A DNA stretch of 64,000 nt from Octopus vulgaris (lineage: Eukaryota). The translations under genes were made by a program, and so were the position numbers. The DNA lies in assembly GCA_951406725.2 (NCBI GenBank), contig OX597815.1, forward strand, positions 64,046,001-64,110,000. The letters are read 5' to 3'. Every line of letters begins with the position of its first letter. Positions within the stretch are counted from its first letter, which is position 1. This document shows positions 12,160 to 29,397 of the stretch, piece by piece. The notes beneath the pieces are model-generated. The model ran no database searches. It worked only from the letters and a program-made list of their open reading frames with translations, and had not been told where the DNA came from.

Positions 12160-12830
12160 GTGAAAAAGTTTTGTTTTTATTTTACGCCGTTTCGGGTAGA
12201 TCGAGCTGGTTTCCTTGAACGTTTCCCAATCCAGGATGAGTGTTGGCTTCATCACTTTGAGCCAGAGACAAAGAGACAATCCATGGAGTGGAAACACTCC
12301 CTCTTCAACTGCTCCAAAGAAGGTCAAGGTCATACAGGGAACATGACGGCTTCGTCTTTTGAGGCTGCAAAAGGCATTATGTTTATTCGGGCTGCAAAAG
12401 ACATTGTGCTTTGCTTATCAATGGACACCGCTGTGCCTACTTGCTGAAACAGTTACGAGAGGCTATTAAGATCAGGAAAACTAACGAAAGAGATCTTGCT
12501 TCATCAGGACAATACTCCAGCACGTAAGTCCTTGGTTTCAAAACCTGTTGTGCATGACTGTGGCTATGAACTGGTTGATTACCCTCTCTATCCTCCTAAT
12601 TTGTCCTTATTCCTCAACATGAAAAAGCATTTGGGAACGAGTATCGCAGTGATGATGACGTCATATCGGTTATTTACGACTCTTTTGGTCAAGAAGATGA
12701 AAGCTTCTTTACCAATGGGATACAAGCACAGCAACACTGATGGGATAAGCGTATGAACTGCATGGGGCCTTTCCTCACATTCCTTAAGAGTATCTTGGTC
12801 AGCCTATCAACGTTTCAGCTAAATCTCGTA
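12160..12830 (+). mobile_element. mariner transposase pseudogene with 3' TIR
   Basis: FLERF..QDECWLHHFEPETKRQSMEWKH and LLHQDNTP...GYELVDYPLYPPNLS..LF.NMKKHL; ends ...TTTCAGCTAAATCTCG|TA. Confidence 0.85.
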
Positions 12831-12989
12831 TGTCTGCTGCTTTGATTGTCAATCAAACACGTTGATACCATTTGATTAACAGATCAGGGCCTGTTGAAAT
12901 ATTCTAGCGAGCGGTTCTTTCTTCTCGCCATATTGTCATCTGCATGCCTTGCTAGACACAAATCATTCATTAATAACACAAACTTAGTA

Positions 12990-13175
12990 AGGCGGCGAGC
13001 AGTTAGAATCGTTATTGCGCCGGGTAAAATGCTTAGCGGTATTGCGTCCGTCTTTACGTTCTGAGTTCAAATACTACCGAAATCGACTTTGCTTTTTCAT
13101 CCTTTCGGGGTCGATATAACTGACTTAACTCCTTTACCCGGACTTGCTGGCCTTGTCTCAAAATTTAAAATCAAT
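12990..13175 (+). mobile_element. Nin-like tRNA SINE (family 1)
   Basis: AGGCGGCGAGCAGTTAGAATCG...GAGTTCAAA (B-box-like)...TTTCATCCTTTCGGGGTCGATA. Confidence 0.75.
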
Positions 13176-13276
13176 TACACTGTGTTAATGCTTCTACTAT
13201 CCCAGCAATGATACAAACTACTATCTCTTACTCTTTCTCTTTCTTTCTATCTCTCTCTACTCTGCCTCTCTATCTT

Positions 13277-13358
<82 letters not shown>

Positions 13359-13904
13359 ACATATTTTAGCTAGAAAGGAAAGTTATTTTTAGCTGGATTT
13401 TGGATATTTTCCTTCCATTCTTAGTAACATCCGTCCCTACTTTACAACAGGACTAATTATGTCAGTATATTACTTTAGTTGTAGCAGAATATTATTGTTT
13501 TGTTCTTCTCTACTCGCAGTTCTGATCGTTGCCGTTATTTTTGCACCAGTTGTTGCATTTGTCGTTGTTATTATCGTTATTGTTGTTGTACTTATTGTTG
13601 CTGTCGTTATTGTTGTTCAGCACACTCACACACATACACATAGACACGCACACACACATACACACTTTCTTAGTCGATCTTGATCGATCAAACTTATGAT
13701 CAAAAGTATCAGTCAACCAGTCCTGACCATCCAGCCTCTACTCCAGACATAATGTACCTTGGATAATACTATCTAATGTGTCCTTTTCTTCGCAAACATA
13801 TTGCTATCCAGGATGTGTTTCTTCTTCTTGTTGCTGTGGCTTATTTGCTTGTTTATCGCCATTATTTTTTCCCTTGCAATAAGCGTTGTTCGTTGTGTCA
13901 ATGT

Positions 13905-15535
<1,631 letters not shown>

Positions 15536-16214
15536 GCTGCAGTGGTGGTGACGGAGGTTCTGGGTATAGTTTATGATGATCATCATCATTATGGTAGGAG
15601 TGTCACTATTGTCGGTGTTTGCTACCAATAGATGTATTGGTGCTGGTGAAGATAGTGGTTATGTTGCTGATGCTGTTGGTCGTAGCAATAACACGGGAGT
15701 TGTTTTGAAGACTAAAGATATTGCTGCCAGTGTTTATGTTGTAGTTGTTATTGGTGTTTGTGCCGCTGCTGTTATTGTTGTTGTTGTTGTTGCTATCTCA
15801 CTCTGTGATCTTTTACTCTCTTCTCTTTCTATATCCGTTTGTTGTTTATGTATTGCTATGTTTGTTGCTATTTATTGTTATTTTTGTTGCTGTTGTTTTA
15901 TTACCGTTGTTGTTTATTGTAATATTTTAAATTGTTTTTCTTCGTCGTTTTTAGATTTTGTTCCAAAATTCATTTACTTGTGTTTGTTTAAGACATGCCT
16001 TCTTTTTTGTATTTTTTATACATTTTTGATTTTTGTCTTTTTATGCTTTTTTTGTTTTAAATTATTTCATGGTTGATACTGTAGTTTTTATCGCACCAAC
16101 ACATTCAGAGCAATATAGCACCATCACCTTGGCAACCACCCCATCTATCATTACCACTACCATCATCAACAGCTACACCAGCAGAGTCATCATAGAAATT
16201 ATCACCATAAAGAC

Positions 16215-16875
16215 TACAGTCACTGGCTACATTATCATAGTCACCAAGAGCAACATTATCAACACCAGCCACATTATCATAGCCAACACGAACATTATCA
16301 ACACCAGCCACATTATCATAGCCAACATGAACATTATCAACACCAACCACATTATCATAGCTAACTAGTCACATTGTCATAGTCAGCATTAACATTTTCA
16401 GCACAACATTATCATAGCAGATAAGAGCATTATCAAGACTAAATATATCATCATAACTAACATGAACTTTATCAATACCTCACATTATCAAGACCAACAT
16501 GAACATTATCAACACTAGCAACATTATCATAGCCAACATGAACATTATCAAGACTGGCTACATTATCATAACCGATATGAACATTATCAACACCATCGAC
16601 ATTATCATAGCTAACATGACTAGTATCAACACCAGCGACATTATCATAGCTAGCATGAACATTATCCAAAGACTAAATTCATTATCATAACTAACATGAA
16701 TAGCCAACAGGGACATTATCAACACTAGCCTCATTAGCATAGCCAGCATGAACATTTTAAACACCAGCGATATCATAGCCAACATGAACATTATCAACGC
16801 CAGTGACATTATCATAACCAACATGAACGTTAACGTCACCAGTTACATTGACATAATCAACATTATCAATACCAA
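16215..16875. repeat. 39-bp minisatellite (AACATTATCAACACCAGCCACATTATCATAGCCAACATG), roughly 15-17 diverged copies
   Basis: Recurring ACATTATCA at alternating 18- and 21-bp spacing. Confidence 0.85.
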
Positions 16876-17581
16876 CTATATTTCATTGTATGTTACCGAG
16901 AATCCTGTTAAACTATTTTGAGGCCCTGTGTTTTCCGCAAGCGACTGACGATTCCAGCGTCACTGACCAAAGTACTTAGGTTACTTAAACCAGTTCACTA
17001 AATCTTGTACGAATGTACACTCAAGATTTTACTTTAGTACATTACAATCAATCAATGAAATAGTTCTGCTTTTGTTGTTATTTTTTCAGAATGCAATAGA
17101 ATATAAAAGCAAGTCCGGATCATAGCCATGATGGTGATTCTACATCGTAATAACACGTTTCATGTGAGCCTCGTTTTCAGGTCAATGTTCTGTATTAATT
17201 CTCACTGGTCATTAAACCTTAAACTACGACCAATTGTTTGTCAGTAGAGACTGTCTTGCTGTTGGTCACTCACTCTGGCAGAGTGACGTCAAAACAGATA
17301 GGTCAGGGACGTAGTGGGGATGTTGTGCGAACGTAAATATTGATCGATTCATATTTTCTGTAGCCTTACAGCGTTTATATTTATATCTCATTCTATCTGT
17401 CTGCCTGTCTGTTTGTCCCTCTCTCTCTTTCTCTAGCTTTCCCTCTCTTTGTCTCTCGGCACACAGACACAAAACATAAACATATGCTTATGCATATCTA
17501 TATGAGTATGCGTAAGTGCGTATACGTGTATATGTATATGTGTATGTACATATATATATATATATATATATGTAATATGTG

Positions 17582-17619
<38 letters not shown>

Positions 17620-17679
17620 CACATACATATGGATATACACACACACATATATATATACACATATACATATTTACATATA

Positions 17680-17723
<44 letters not shown>

Positions 17724-17770
17724 GATATATATACACACATACATCTCTCTCTTTCTCTCTCTCTCTCTCT

Positions 17771-17856
<86 letters not shown>

Positions 17857-18276
17857 CATGAGTGGGTGGTTGAAATTTTTGTGCAACTAAATATACAAGT
17901 AAATGTACATTTATATATGTGTGTGTGTGTGTGTGTAAGTGTATGTATATACACATGCACACGCACACGAACACGCACACACACATGTATGCATATGTAG
18001 AAGCGAGACAGGCAGGAAAAGACAGATATTGATACAGATTGAGAGACAACGAAACAGAAAGAAAAAGGGGAATAGAAAGAGAGAGAGAGAGAGAGAGTAA
18101 GAAAGAAAGAAAGAGAGAGAGAGAAAGTGAAACGTGGAAAGACGATATAACTTTGTAAAAAAACGTGAACTGTTCTGATCTATTGTTCAATATATCGTAT
18201 TGAATATTCAATGTGCTGAATTGACTTCACAGCTTTTGATTATAGTTACTATTATTATTGCTATTTTTTCGTTATT

Positions 18277-18298
18277 CTAGTAGTAGTTGTAGTAGTAA

Positions 18299-18350
<52 letters not shown>

Positions 18351-18379
18351 TGTTGTTGTTGTTGTTGTGGATGTTGTTG

Positions 18380-18458
<79 letters not shown>

Positions 18459-18505
18459 CATCATCATCATCATCATTATTACTGATGTTATCATCATCAT
18501 AATCA
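18277..18505. repeat. Compound (AGT)n(TGT)n(TAT)n(CAT)n microsatellite
   Basis: Directly visible. Confidence 0.9.
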
Positions 18506-18580
18506 TTTTAGTATTATCATTACTATTTGTGTAACCTCTGATATTTTTTAAAAATTGTTTTCACTTTTTCTTACGTTATG

Positions 18581-18632
<52 letters not shown>

Positions 18633-20044
18633 CATGATATATATGCGAATACCTACATACAAATGGATATATGTATATCCATTATATATATAAGGGATAT
18701 ATGAATTTATATATATTCATATATACATATATATATATATATAGATGATATATATGCACATATATACATGAAAATGTATATATATATATATATACATGGT
18801 ATGTACAAATGTATATCTATACATCATATATATATATATATATATGTACATGATATATATGCACATATATATACATACAAATGTGTGTATATATATGATT
18901 CGATCATGATCACCTGAGAAATATTCAATTAATAGCAAACAAACTCAGACTTGAGTCTATATAGAATACATCATGCCAGACACACAGTTGTTATTGTTGT
19001 TTTTTAGACTTTCTCTTCGCACACATACACATGTATCTGTGTGTGTGTGCGTGTATGTGTGTGTGTGACTAATAGGTCTGGTATTACAAACAGGAACATA
19101 GAAGTCAAAACAAGTTTATATATATTTTTGATAAATCTGTAAAAGTCACAAAGTAACTCAATCGCTGATAGTCTGGTGCACTGGCAGTCTTAAAATGGTT
19201 TCAGATTTGGGTGGTGTTATTTATAAAGACCAACAGCAATAATAAATATGAATGATAAATTATTCACGTGACTACAATTTTTTGAATTTTACAAGTTTCC
19301 CAATTTAAATGAACTCCAATGAATGAAACTCTTGGCTCTTGCATCACTTTGTAACTTTTGCCAATTAAAGAAAAAATATATGTACAAAATATATCGTTTA
19401 CTTGTGGATTAACAATGCTTTCTGGTTTCATGCGGGAAATTCCACAATTGCTCAAGAGTTCTACTTACAAAGGTTAGTGATCAGCCTCCATATTAGATAA
19501 CGTGAGATTACACGATTTTTACTAGATTTTAAAACGTTCCTTCGCTTAATATATCTACATGTAAGGGGAAGAAACACGTGTAGGGACCTCTTTAATTTTT
19601 ATTTTTCTACCGTTGGCCTTGGTTTTCTGCAAGTATTAGTAAAAAGCTCGCGAATTTCGCGTTCAATACAGTAATTGTATTTTATGAGAGTATCCACATA
19701 CTCCCATACATATAAATGTATACATGTATCATACTTGTCTGGATGTCTGTGCACTTTTCTGGATGTATGTGCATACGTTACAATCATTTTACGTAATTTT
19801 ATATAATATACTCGTATGATGTCTTGTATATGTGTTGCATATATTTTATACGTATGTTATACGGTTTAGAATTCAAGCATGAATTCATGTGGTCGAATAC
19901 AGAGTGTATGTTTATGATGCATATTATGCAAATATATATCTTAAATTTATATCATATCTTAAATTTTTCTTTGCTTGATAGATAGTGAGGTCAATAAGAA
20001 GTCATACTTGCAATTTTGCAGCTTAAGCTATCGCTTGCGCATGA

Positions 20045-20260
20045 AGGAGAAGGTTTCTTAAGTAATTTTGAAAATGTTTGCTGTTTATTTTTAATTTCTC
20101 TGAAGTACAGAAATTGTAGTTGCTGCCTCGACCCTTATATTTGTTAACTGTAGCTATGATGTAAGGTATTTGGAGATTGTTTACATTCCTATGTTTAAGG
20201 TTCCATACCGTATAAGACAAAGATGCCGCATGTCTTTTTGTTTCTTTCTTCTCAACAAAG
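20045..20260 (-). pseudogene. Decayed PLE GIY-YIG endonuclease C-terminal fragment
   Basis: KRHAASLSYTVWNLK...YII...Y...NYNFCTSEKLKI parallels KANSTSLSIRIWELK...WSII...Y...CQLCCVELLNI in the 3834 ORF. Confidence 0.65.
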
Positions 20261-20379
20261 TCAGGTGATTTGTGTATCATATCTTGAAGGTCATTGAGAA
20301 GTAAGTTATTGTGGCCCCATTCATACCAGTGATGGCCTTGTAAACCAATTTTTTCCCAGGCACATATACACATCGTTTT

Positions 20380-20735
20380 GCCAAGATGCTAAGTGGCATT
20401 TCATTTGTCTTCGCGTTTTGAGTTCAAATTCTGCCGAGGTCATCTTTGCTGTCGAACTCTTTCCGGGTCGATAAAATAAATACCAGTAAAGTACTGGGGT
20501 CGATGCAATTGAATTCCCTTCCCCTCAAAACTGCTGGCCCAGTACCAAGATTTAAGACTATTATTATTATTAAGGCGGAAATCTAGCAGAATCGTTAATA
20601 CGTCGGAAAAAATGCTTAGCGTCATTTCTTCCCCCTTTTTACGTTCTGCGTTAAAATTCAGCAGAGATCAATTTTTGCCTTTTATCGTTTCCTGGTCAAT
20701 AAAATAAAGTGCCAGTCTCCCCTCAAAATTGCTAT
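20380..20735 (+). mobile_element. Two head-to-tail Nin-like SINEs (family 1; ~20380-20558 and ~20573-20735)
   Basis: Both contain the GTTCAAATTC/GTTAAAATTC box and GGTC(G/A)ATAAAATAAA; separated by (TAT)n. Confidence 0.65.
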
Positions 20736-21363
20736 TCAAAGGGTTACTCAATCTAATATTTTACATGCTATTATTTATAGCTTTCTGTGCTTCTAAATCC
20801 ATTTCAAAGTAAGAAAAATTAGATATATATTTATTAAGAGATAGATAGATAGGGAAAGGGAGAGAGAGAGATCATTGCAGTTTAGTTTTAACACATAAGC
20901 AGAATGGAGTCATAACTAAAATTGCATTTTTAATACTGATTGTTGTTGATGGTGGCATCTTTTCCTGTTTTATTTTATGCTATTCTATTTTGATTTATTA
21001 TATTTCTTTTTCTAAGCCAAGGTCAGTCGTAGTCGAAGGTGATCCAGTCTTAAGCTGTTCTCTGTAGTAAGAGAAGTTGTTGTCTATAAGTGGTTACTGA
21101 GCAGATTTAGCTGCTACTTCTTGCAGCCGTAGAGGCTCCACCTTTCAATATATTTCGAACTAAAGCCACCCTGTAAGATTACAGTTGTCGGGGTATATCG
21201 ATTCAAGTGGCCTTTAGATTAATATTAGCACCTGAACTAAGATACTAACGAGTAAGTGTTCTTTCCTTCTTTCTCTTTCTTCCCCTTTCTTTCTTTCTTT
21301 CTTTCTTTTTTTCTTTCTTGACACGTTTTTGGCCAGTCACAATATGAAACATCAAATTCACAG

Positions 21364-21403
<40 letters not shown>

Positions 21404-21760
21404 TAGAAAGTTGGGTGGTAGACCCCGAAGAAATTTGACTTCGGCGTGATTTGAACTCAACACCGACAGCAGGACAAAATACCGTAAGGTAATGTTTCTA
21501 TCAGGCGTATTAAAGTGCCTGTCAGTTCATCACAAGAAAAAACAATATCAACAACAACCGCAAGTTCCACAACGTCAAGAATAATACCATCATCTACATC
21601 AGCATCAGCAACATCAATAACAACATCAATATCAATAACAACAAGATCAACACCGTCAACATCAACAGCAGCAACCACATCACCAACATCAATATCAACG
21701 TCAACAATATCATCAACAAGAACATTGGCAACAACAAAATCAACATTAGACATTACATTA

Positions 21761-22142
21761 GTTCGTCCGTCGTTATCGACGATGACCAAGGATATCATGT
21801 GGGAGAAGGCGGGTCACGGTGTACTCGGCTGTGGCCGATCAGTACGATGCGTGCTCAGAGGGCTTTGCTACAGGTCGGGCACTGATGGTCTGCTCGGACT
21901 GAAAGCAAGGAACTGGATCTGGTCTTGCGAAGTTCGCGTTTTTTTTTGTGCCTCTGCAATCATGTTCTGTTCGTAGGAGGTGGCACTTCTGTTGGTGCAG
22001 CTTCACCAGGCAATGCTTTCATTTCCCGGTGACGGGATTTACCTCAAAGCTCTTCAGTGAGGCTGTGAGTGTATCCATCAAGCGCTTTCCTGCCCACTGT
22101 GCATCCGTTTGCCTTTTGCCAGTTATTAGTTCTGACATACGG
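21761..22142 (-). mobile_element. RTE (BovB-like) LINE 3' end
   Basis: SELITGKR...KRLMDTLTASLKSF; YEQNMIAEAQK..KRELRK; CPTCSKAL*ARIVLIGHSRVH zinc-finger-like end; tail GGTCATCGTCGATAACGACGGACGAAC. Confidence 0.85.
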
Positions 22143-23329
22143 TCTCTCTCTCTCTTGCTCTCTCTTGCTCTCTCTCTCTCTTGCTCTCTCTCTCTCTTGC
22201 TCTCTCTCTTGCTCCATCTCTTTCTTGCTCTCTCTCTCTCTCTCACACACACACACTCACACAATAATAGAATGAGTTATATCAACTGCAATTCTCGAAA
22301 TGGTGAAGACAAAATTTGACTGCTACGCGATTCGAAAACACAACCTGACGGGGGCCAGCTAAATATATTTTGTCTGTCCATTTACCGAATCTACCACCAA
22401 ATGCCGAACATTTTGAATGAAATGATATTAATGGGAGCTTTTCATTACTTTACACTTATATCAATTATGCACATATTTTATTTTAATTTTTAATACATTT
22501 TCTGTTTCTTTTTAACTTGTTTATCAGTCCAGGCTGGTATACCGGCTTCAAGGTATTTTGTCGAACAAATTGACTTCTATGAAAATGATGAACTGGATGA
22601 TGATGATGACCACGATAATGAGAGTGACTACGACGACAACGACGACGAAGATGATGATGATTAAGATGGTGACGACGACGACAATGCAAATGACAAAGAC
22701 GACAACGATAAGTGGTGATAATAATATACTAACCATTGACTTCATAAATGTTGTTGCTTGTCAATGGTAGATCAATGGTAGACCTATGATCAAAGACTTT
22801 CTAATCGTGACCATCCTGTCTGTTTAGATTGGAGGTCATGAAGAACAGAATACACTATCTAGTAAGTTTTCCGTTTTTATAGAGAAGACAGATAGAGAAA
22901 GAAAGAGGGGGAAAGAAGAGAGAGAAGAGAGGGAGAAAGAGAGAGTGATAAAGCGAGGGAGAGAGAGAGAGAGAGTTAGAACGAGAGAGAGAGTTAGAGA
23001 GAGAGAGTTAGAGAGAGAGAAAGAAAGCGAGAGAGAGATAAAGTGAGAGAGAGGGTGAGAGTTAGAGAGAGAGAAATCTAGAGGGAGAGAGAAAGCGAGA
23101 GAGAGAGAGAGAGAAAGAGAGAGATTTGACTGCTATTTGTAAGAAATTCAATGATCACAGAGAGATTGTTTTTTCATTGGTCCGAAGTACTAATGGTGGC
23201 CGGCCTGGTATTGATGGTTTGGCACAGGTCGTAGTGGTGGTACTTGTATTGATGGTTGTTCATGTGATGATGGTAAAACTAGTATCGATGGGTTAGTGAA
23301 GAGGGAAGTGTTGGTGCACTACTAGTAGC

Positions 23330-23960
23330 AATAATGGCCGTGGTGCTGGTATGGGAGATGGTGGTGATGGTATTGATGGCTAAACGTGGTGTTGTTGGTG
23401 GTGGTGGTAAGGATGGTGTCCTGTTACTGAAAGCAGTTGCGATAGTAGTTGAGGTGAAAAGTGTAGGGATGATTGTGGTGGAGTGAGGGACGTAGTAGCA
23501 GCGATGAAGGGGGCATTAACCATGATGGTGGAAATACGATGATGAAAGGGATGATAATGATGATGATGGTGGTGGTGGTGGTGGTGGTGGTGGTGGTGGT
23601 GGTGCTGATACTGGTGCTGGTGCTGGTGAGGATGATGATGATGATGATGGTGGTGATAGCGTGATGTTGATCGTAATGGTTGTGGTGGTGATGGTTGTTG
23701 CGGTTGTGGTGGTTCGGTAGTAGCGGTGGTGGTCGGAGTAGTGGTGGTAGTGGTGATAGTGGTGATGATGGTGTTGATACGAGTGTGATGGTGGTGGTGG
23801 TGGTGGTGGTGGTAGTGGTGGTGGCGGCGGCGGCGGCGGCGGCAGCGGCAGTGGCGGTGGTGGTGGTGGTGATGGTGGTGGTGGTGGTGGTGGTGGTGGT
23901 GGTGGTGGTGGTGGTGGTGGTGACGGCGGCGGCGGTGGCGGTGGTGGTGGTGGTGAATAG
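23330..23960. repeat. (GGT/GAT/GGC)n compound array
   Basis: Directly visible; source of poly-His/Val ORFs. Confidence 0.9.
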
Positions 23961-24372
23961 TTACATTAAGTGGTAGGGTGAGTTGAAGGAGTGACAATTG
24001 CTCGAAATATTTGCACCGTAACGATGATGATGACGAAAGTGACGACGACTAGAAACCATGGTGCGAATTATGAATTACGTACAATGGCTAGTGATGGTTA
24101 ATGATGGTTAATGATTGTAGTGATTGTGACGACGATGATGACAAAGACACAATTTCCTCACCTCCGAACCTTCTTCTTCTCCTACCCACCACCTCCATCT
24201 ACCATTCCACCAAAAGTTCCATTCAATAGACATTCCAAATTTTCTCAAAATCCTATTTTGAGACACTCTTTCATCATTTCATTAACAATTTCAAAACTTT
24301 GCTTTTATCGTTTAGATTTTTTATTATTCTTTACTGTCTCTGGTTTTCACAATTTCATTTTATACTACACTT

Positions 24373-24480
<108 letters not shown>

Positions 24481-24692
24481 TATATATGTGTGTATATATA
24501 TATATGAATATGCATATATATACGTACATACATACATACGCACGTCTATGTGTGTGTGTGTGTGTGTGTGTGTACATAGATACGCGCACACACAAATATT
24601 AAAATACATATACATACACACATATATACAGAAACATACGTACAAAATAATTTTCTCACCAGTTCCGCTCATGCAAAAGAATATGATATACC

Positions 24693-24775
<83 letters not shown>

Positions 24776-25638
24776 TAATAATATAATGAATAAAAAATAA
24801 AAACAAGACAGCAAGGTAAACATTAAAAAAGAAAGGCAGCAACAAAACAATATAAAAGAGCAGTACAACAACAACAACTATGAGAACAACGTAACAAAAA
24901 AAAAATGAAGATATACCGCTCAGAAAACTAAAAAAAAACGAACAAGCGAAAAGAAAATAAAGTAAAAATCTTCCGTCAATTATGACTAATTGAAATAACC
25001 TTTCAAGGTATTGCAGCTAACGCCTGTGAAGTAAAGGGAAAGGAAATTGTCCAGTCACCTCCATTCCACCATATTGGAATATAGCGTCTGTTTGGTTGCT
25101 TCTCTGCGTTTGCTTCCTTCCATTCTTCATTTCGTTGCATTCGATGAACTCTTTTACTTTTCCCTTCCAAATATATATACATATATCTTATATGCATACA
25201 AACGTACATACATACATACATACATACATACATACATACATGCATACAATCATATATACATATGTGTGTGTGTGCACGTATGCGCCTATATGTGTGTATA
25301 TGTATACATGTATGTATATGTTTATATATGTGCATATATATGTATATATATATATATACATATATATGTATATATTTGTGTGTATATATATATATATATA
25401 ATATAAATAATATATATATGCATATATACATACGTATATGTATATATGTACATAGATCTATACGTGTATATATATTTCTATATATATATATATATTCATT
25501 ATTTATAAATATATATGTATGTGTGTGCGTACACATACACACACATACACACATGCTTTACTTTCGTCTGCCTCGCCATTATCGATTGTCTGTTGCATCT
25601 CTCTCTGTCTCCCTGTCTCTCCTTCTCCACCCCCACAT

Positions 25639-25740
<102 letters not shown>

Positions 25741-25866
25741 GTAAGTCGGTATGTACGTGTGTATATATTTACATATACATATATTTATGTATGTATGTAT
25801 GTATATATGTGTATGTATGTATGCGTGTATATATGTATATATGTATATGTATATATATATATGTAT

Positions 25867-25913
<47 letters not shown>

Positions 25914-26048
25914 TTCTTTTCTGTATTCCTCTTCCGTGCATCCTTTCTCTAGTATTCTACCTCACTTTATCTTAATTTCCGTACAATTTCATCAATAATT
26001 CTTTCTGTTTCTCACTCTAACTTCCATATTAAATATATCTCCCATCCA

Positions 26049-26123
<75 letters not shown>

Positions 26124-27136
26124 ACTCTCTTTTTTCTCTCTTTGTCTCTCTACCTTTCTCCCTCTCTCTTTTTCTGTCTTTCTCTCTGAACATAAATGCT
26201 CCCCTCTCATTCTCTCTCTCTTTCTCGATTCTTTTGTCTTCCATACTAAACCTTTGTATCATTCATTTTCATTCTCTCAATCTCCGCCATTTTTGATCGT
26301 CTGCTACTTCTACAATTCTCCCACTCCCTTTCTTTCACAGTACATTTTATTATTTCGTCGTTTCTTTTTCCCTTTCTCTCGCCTTTTCGATCATTAGTAT
26401 CTCTCACATCCTATCCGTCCCTATCTATTGATCATATTTTACCTTTTTTCTTTTTTTTTATCCAACCTCTTTCTCTCTGTTCCATTTTCTCTCCGTATCT
26501 AGTGTTTAATCAAACACATTCGTTTTCACCCCTCGTTTCCTTTCCCTCTCTATTTTCCCTTTTCCCTCATTCACTTTTTCTTTACTTCTTTTTCATCAAC
26601 TTCTCTTTGTACTTCCGTCTCTTTCTCTAGTTTCTCTTTCTTACACCTTTTCACGTCCTTGCCGATCTCTATATTTCTCTGTATTTCCATCTATTAATCT
26701 CTTCCATGATACGTCATTACATTTTCACCGATCCCTTTCTTTTATTCTGTCTTTCTTTCCTTTCTTATTTATTTATTTACTTATTCATTCATTCGTTCAT
26801 TTATTCATTCATTCATTCATTCATTCATTCAGTCAGTCATTTGTTTATTCTCTTTTCTTTCGCCATTCTTGCATCATCTCTTTCATCATTTTCATCTTAT
26901 TTTTCCGTTTTCCTTCGCTAACTTACCGTTCTTATTTTCTTCCTCTCTCTCTTTCTAAACTCTTCCACCCCCTCTTTCTTTCGCTAGATCTTACTTTTAT
27001 TCACCACTCCGTTATTTTGTTCCCCGCCCCTTACACCAACCTTCTCCCAATTTCTATCATTTTAGCCCTTCCTCTTATCTTTTTTATCTCCCGATACAGT
27101 CTCCTTTCACAACCCTATCTCTGTGCCCCCTCTCCG

Positions 27137-27201
<65 letters not shown>

Positions 27202-27381
27202 TCATCACAATAGTTTCACTCTTTCCTCAACTATTCTCTCTCTACTTTCTCTCTATTTTCTTTTTCCCACTCCATTTGTCTGCAAGATTTTCTCTATTAC
27301 TTTTCCCCTTTCACAAATACATAAACAGAAATGCATATACATGCATACATACATGCATAGTTATTTATTTTTATATATATA

Positions 27382-27477
<96 letters not shown>

Positions 27478-27486
27478 ATATATATA

Positions 27487-27519
<33 letters not shown>

Positions 27520-27841
27520 ATATATATAGAGAGAGATACGTATTTATATATATATATATATCAATTTTTGTTGCATGATTCCTGATATGTGTGTATGTAT
27601 GTGTGTGTGGAGGGGTAGACATGCATATATATACGTATAGGCATATCTTTCAGCATATTTCCTCACCATTTTACTTTTGTTGCTTGACTCTACATCAGCA
27701 CTAAGCACACTAGGTATTTCTAGCACACATCCCTCAAACTGCTATAGCTTCTCTTTGTCATGTTTGTTATTATCTCGACCAACACTACCACCAACATCAC
27801 TAACACCATCACCATCATCACAACGACGATCACCATCAACA

Positions 27842-27912
<71 letters not shown>

Positions 27913-28130
27913 AACTACTACTACAGGTATCACATAATTCCTGAAAGTAGCACTACTAGCTACTACCAGCAGGAATTCCACAAATACCAGACATGGGTCT
28001 AAGGTTCAGAAATTGCTTACGGATCCAGATTATATATTGTTACATGGATATGTGTCACGTATCATAACCTCGGGTCGTGAGTTTGAAAGACGAAAACTAT
28101 AGAGAAGCCTGTTATATATATACATATACA

Positions 28131-28168
<38 letters not shown>

Positions 28169-29080
28169 CATACATTGTGTGTATATATATCTATATCCAA
28201 GTATGTAAGGAATGGAAAAGGTACAATAAAACTAGATAGGTTTCGTACATTACTTGCGACATACAAATCCTGTTTAGCTAATTCTTAGGTGGAAGGTAAT
28301 CGGACTTGGATATTAACCAAACAGGTTTTGTGCTACAAGTTACGCAACAAACGATGATTATCTTGAAACATATGTAGTCTTTAATACCTTCTCTATTCGT
28401 TCTAGTCTTGGATCCTTATTCACATATCTAGCAGTTTTAGTTGCTTAACTGTGAGTTGTATTGTGACTGACAGCTTATCGAAATTTCCATTGATTTCAAT
28501 ATAGGACGAACTGAATAACAGACGAAGGTTATTAAAGGTGGATCGTATACTGTCCACCTTTTGTCATCTATATTAGCTGTGTACATACGCTTGAACCTTA
28601 CTAACTTACTATAACAGGATCCTTCAGATCGTGCAACCTTATGACTCTGTATGTAATGTATGCAATGTATGTATGCATGTATGTAGGTATGCATGTATGC
28701 ATGCATACCCATATATATATATGTGTGTGTGTGTGTATGCGTATATAACTTCCTCTCTACACATCATACATATATATATTCCCATAGAACCACTTTGCTT
28801 CCTGGGTCTCGAGCCTCTCACTTTTAATTCATTGTCTTCCCTGCCGCAACGTTCCCGGTTTTTCCTCTTAACTTTTAAGTGTTAAATTATTATACTTGTG
28901 AAAGCTTGTAGCTTGTTCAAAGACAACACTCCACCTGGTTCAAGAATCGAACCCGTGATCTTATGATCGTGAACCCAACACTCTTACTGCTATGTCACGC
29001 TTCTCCCTACACTCACACGCACACATGCACACATACACACATACACACACTCTTATATAATCTCCTACACGCACACACAT

Positions 29081-29131
<51 letters not shown>

Positions 29132-29184
29132 GCACTCACTCACACACATATATATGTATGCATACGTATATGTATATATATATA

Positions 29185-29397
29185 TAGTTAATCTAAACAT
29201 GAAAACACAAAAAGAAAACACAACAACGCGAGGACGTGGAACAAGTATAGTGTTATTGGACGCGCAGGGAAGGAAGGGAAGAAGGCGGATTTAACGCTTC
29301 GAGCGGAGCTCTTCGTCAGAAACATAGGAAAAGGAAAGATCCAAGGACGGGAAGACGGAGGAAAAAAATCGCCAACGGCACACACGCGGTCACATAT
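29185..29397 (-). mobile_element. ~210-bp hammerhead-core element, subfamily A
   Basis: Reverse complement matches 5056-5267; core CTGACGA-A-GAGC-TCC-GCTC-GAAGCGTT at ~29288-29323; TA flanks. Confidence 0.75.

Noticed and set aside
13680-13795. Short dispersed repeat similar to ~22770-22875 (TATGATCAAA...TGACCATCC...ACTATCTA)
   Set aside because: Probably an old interspersed repeat, but too fragmentary to classify
16215-16875. CRISPR-like array
   Set aside because: No unique spacers, no cas genes, eukaryotic context
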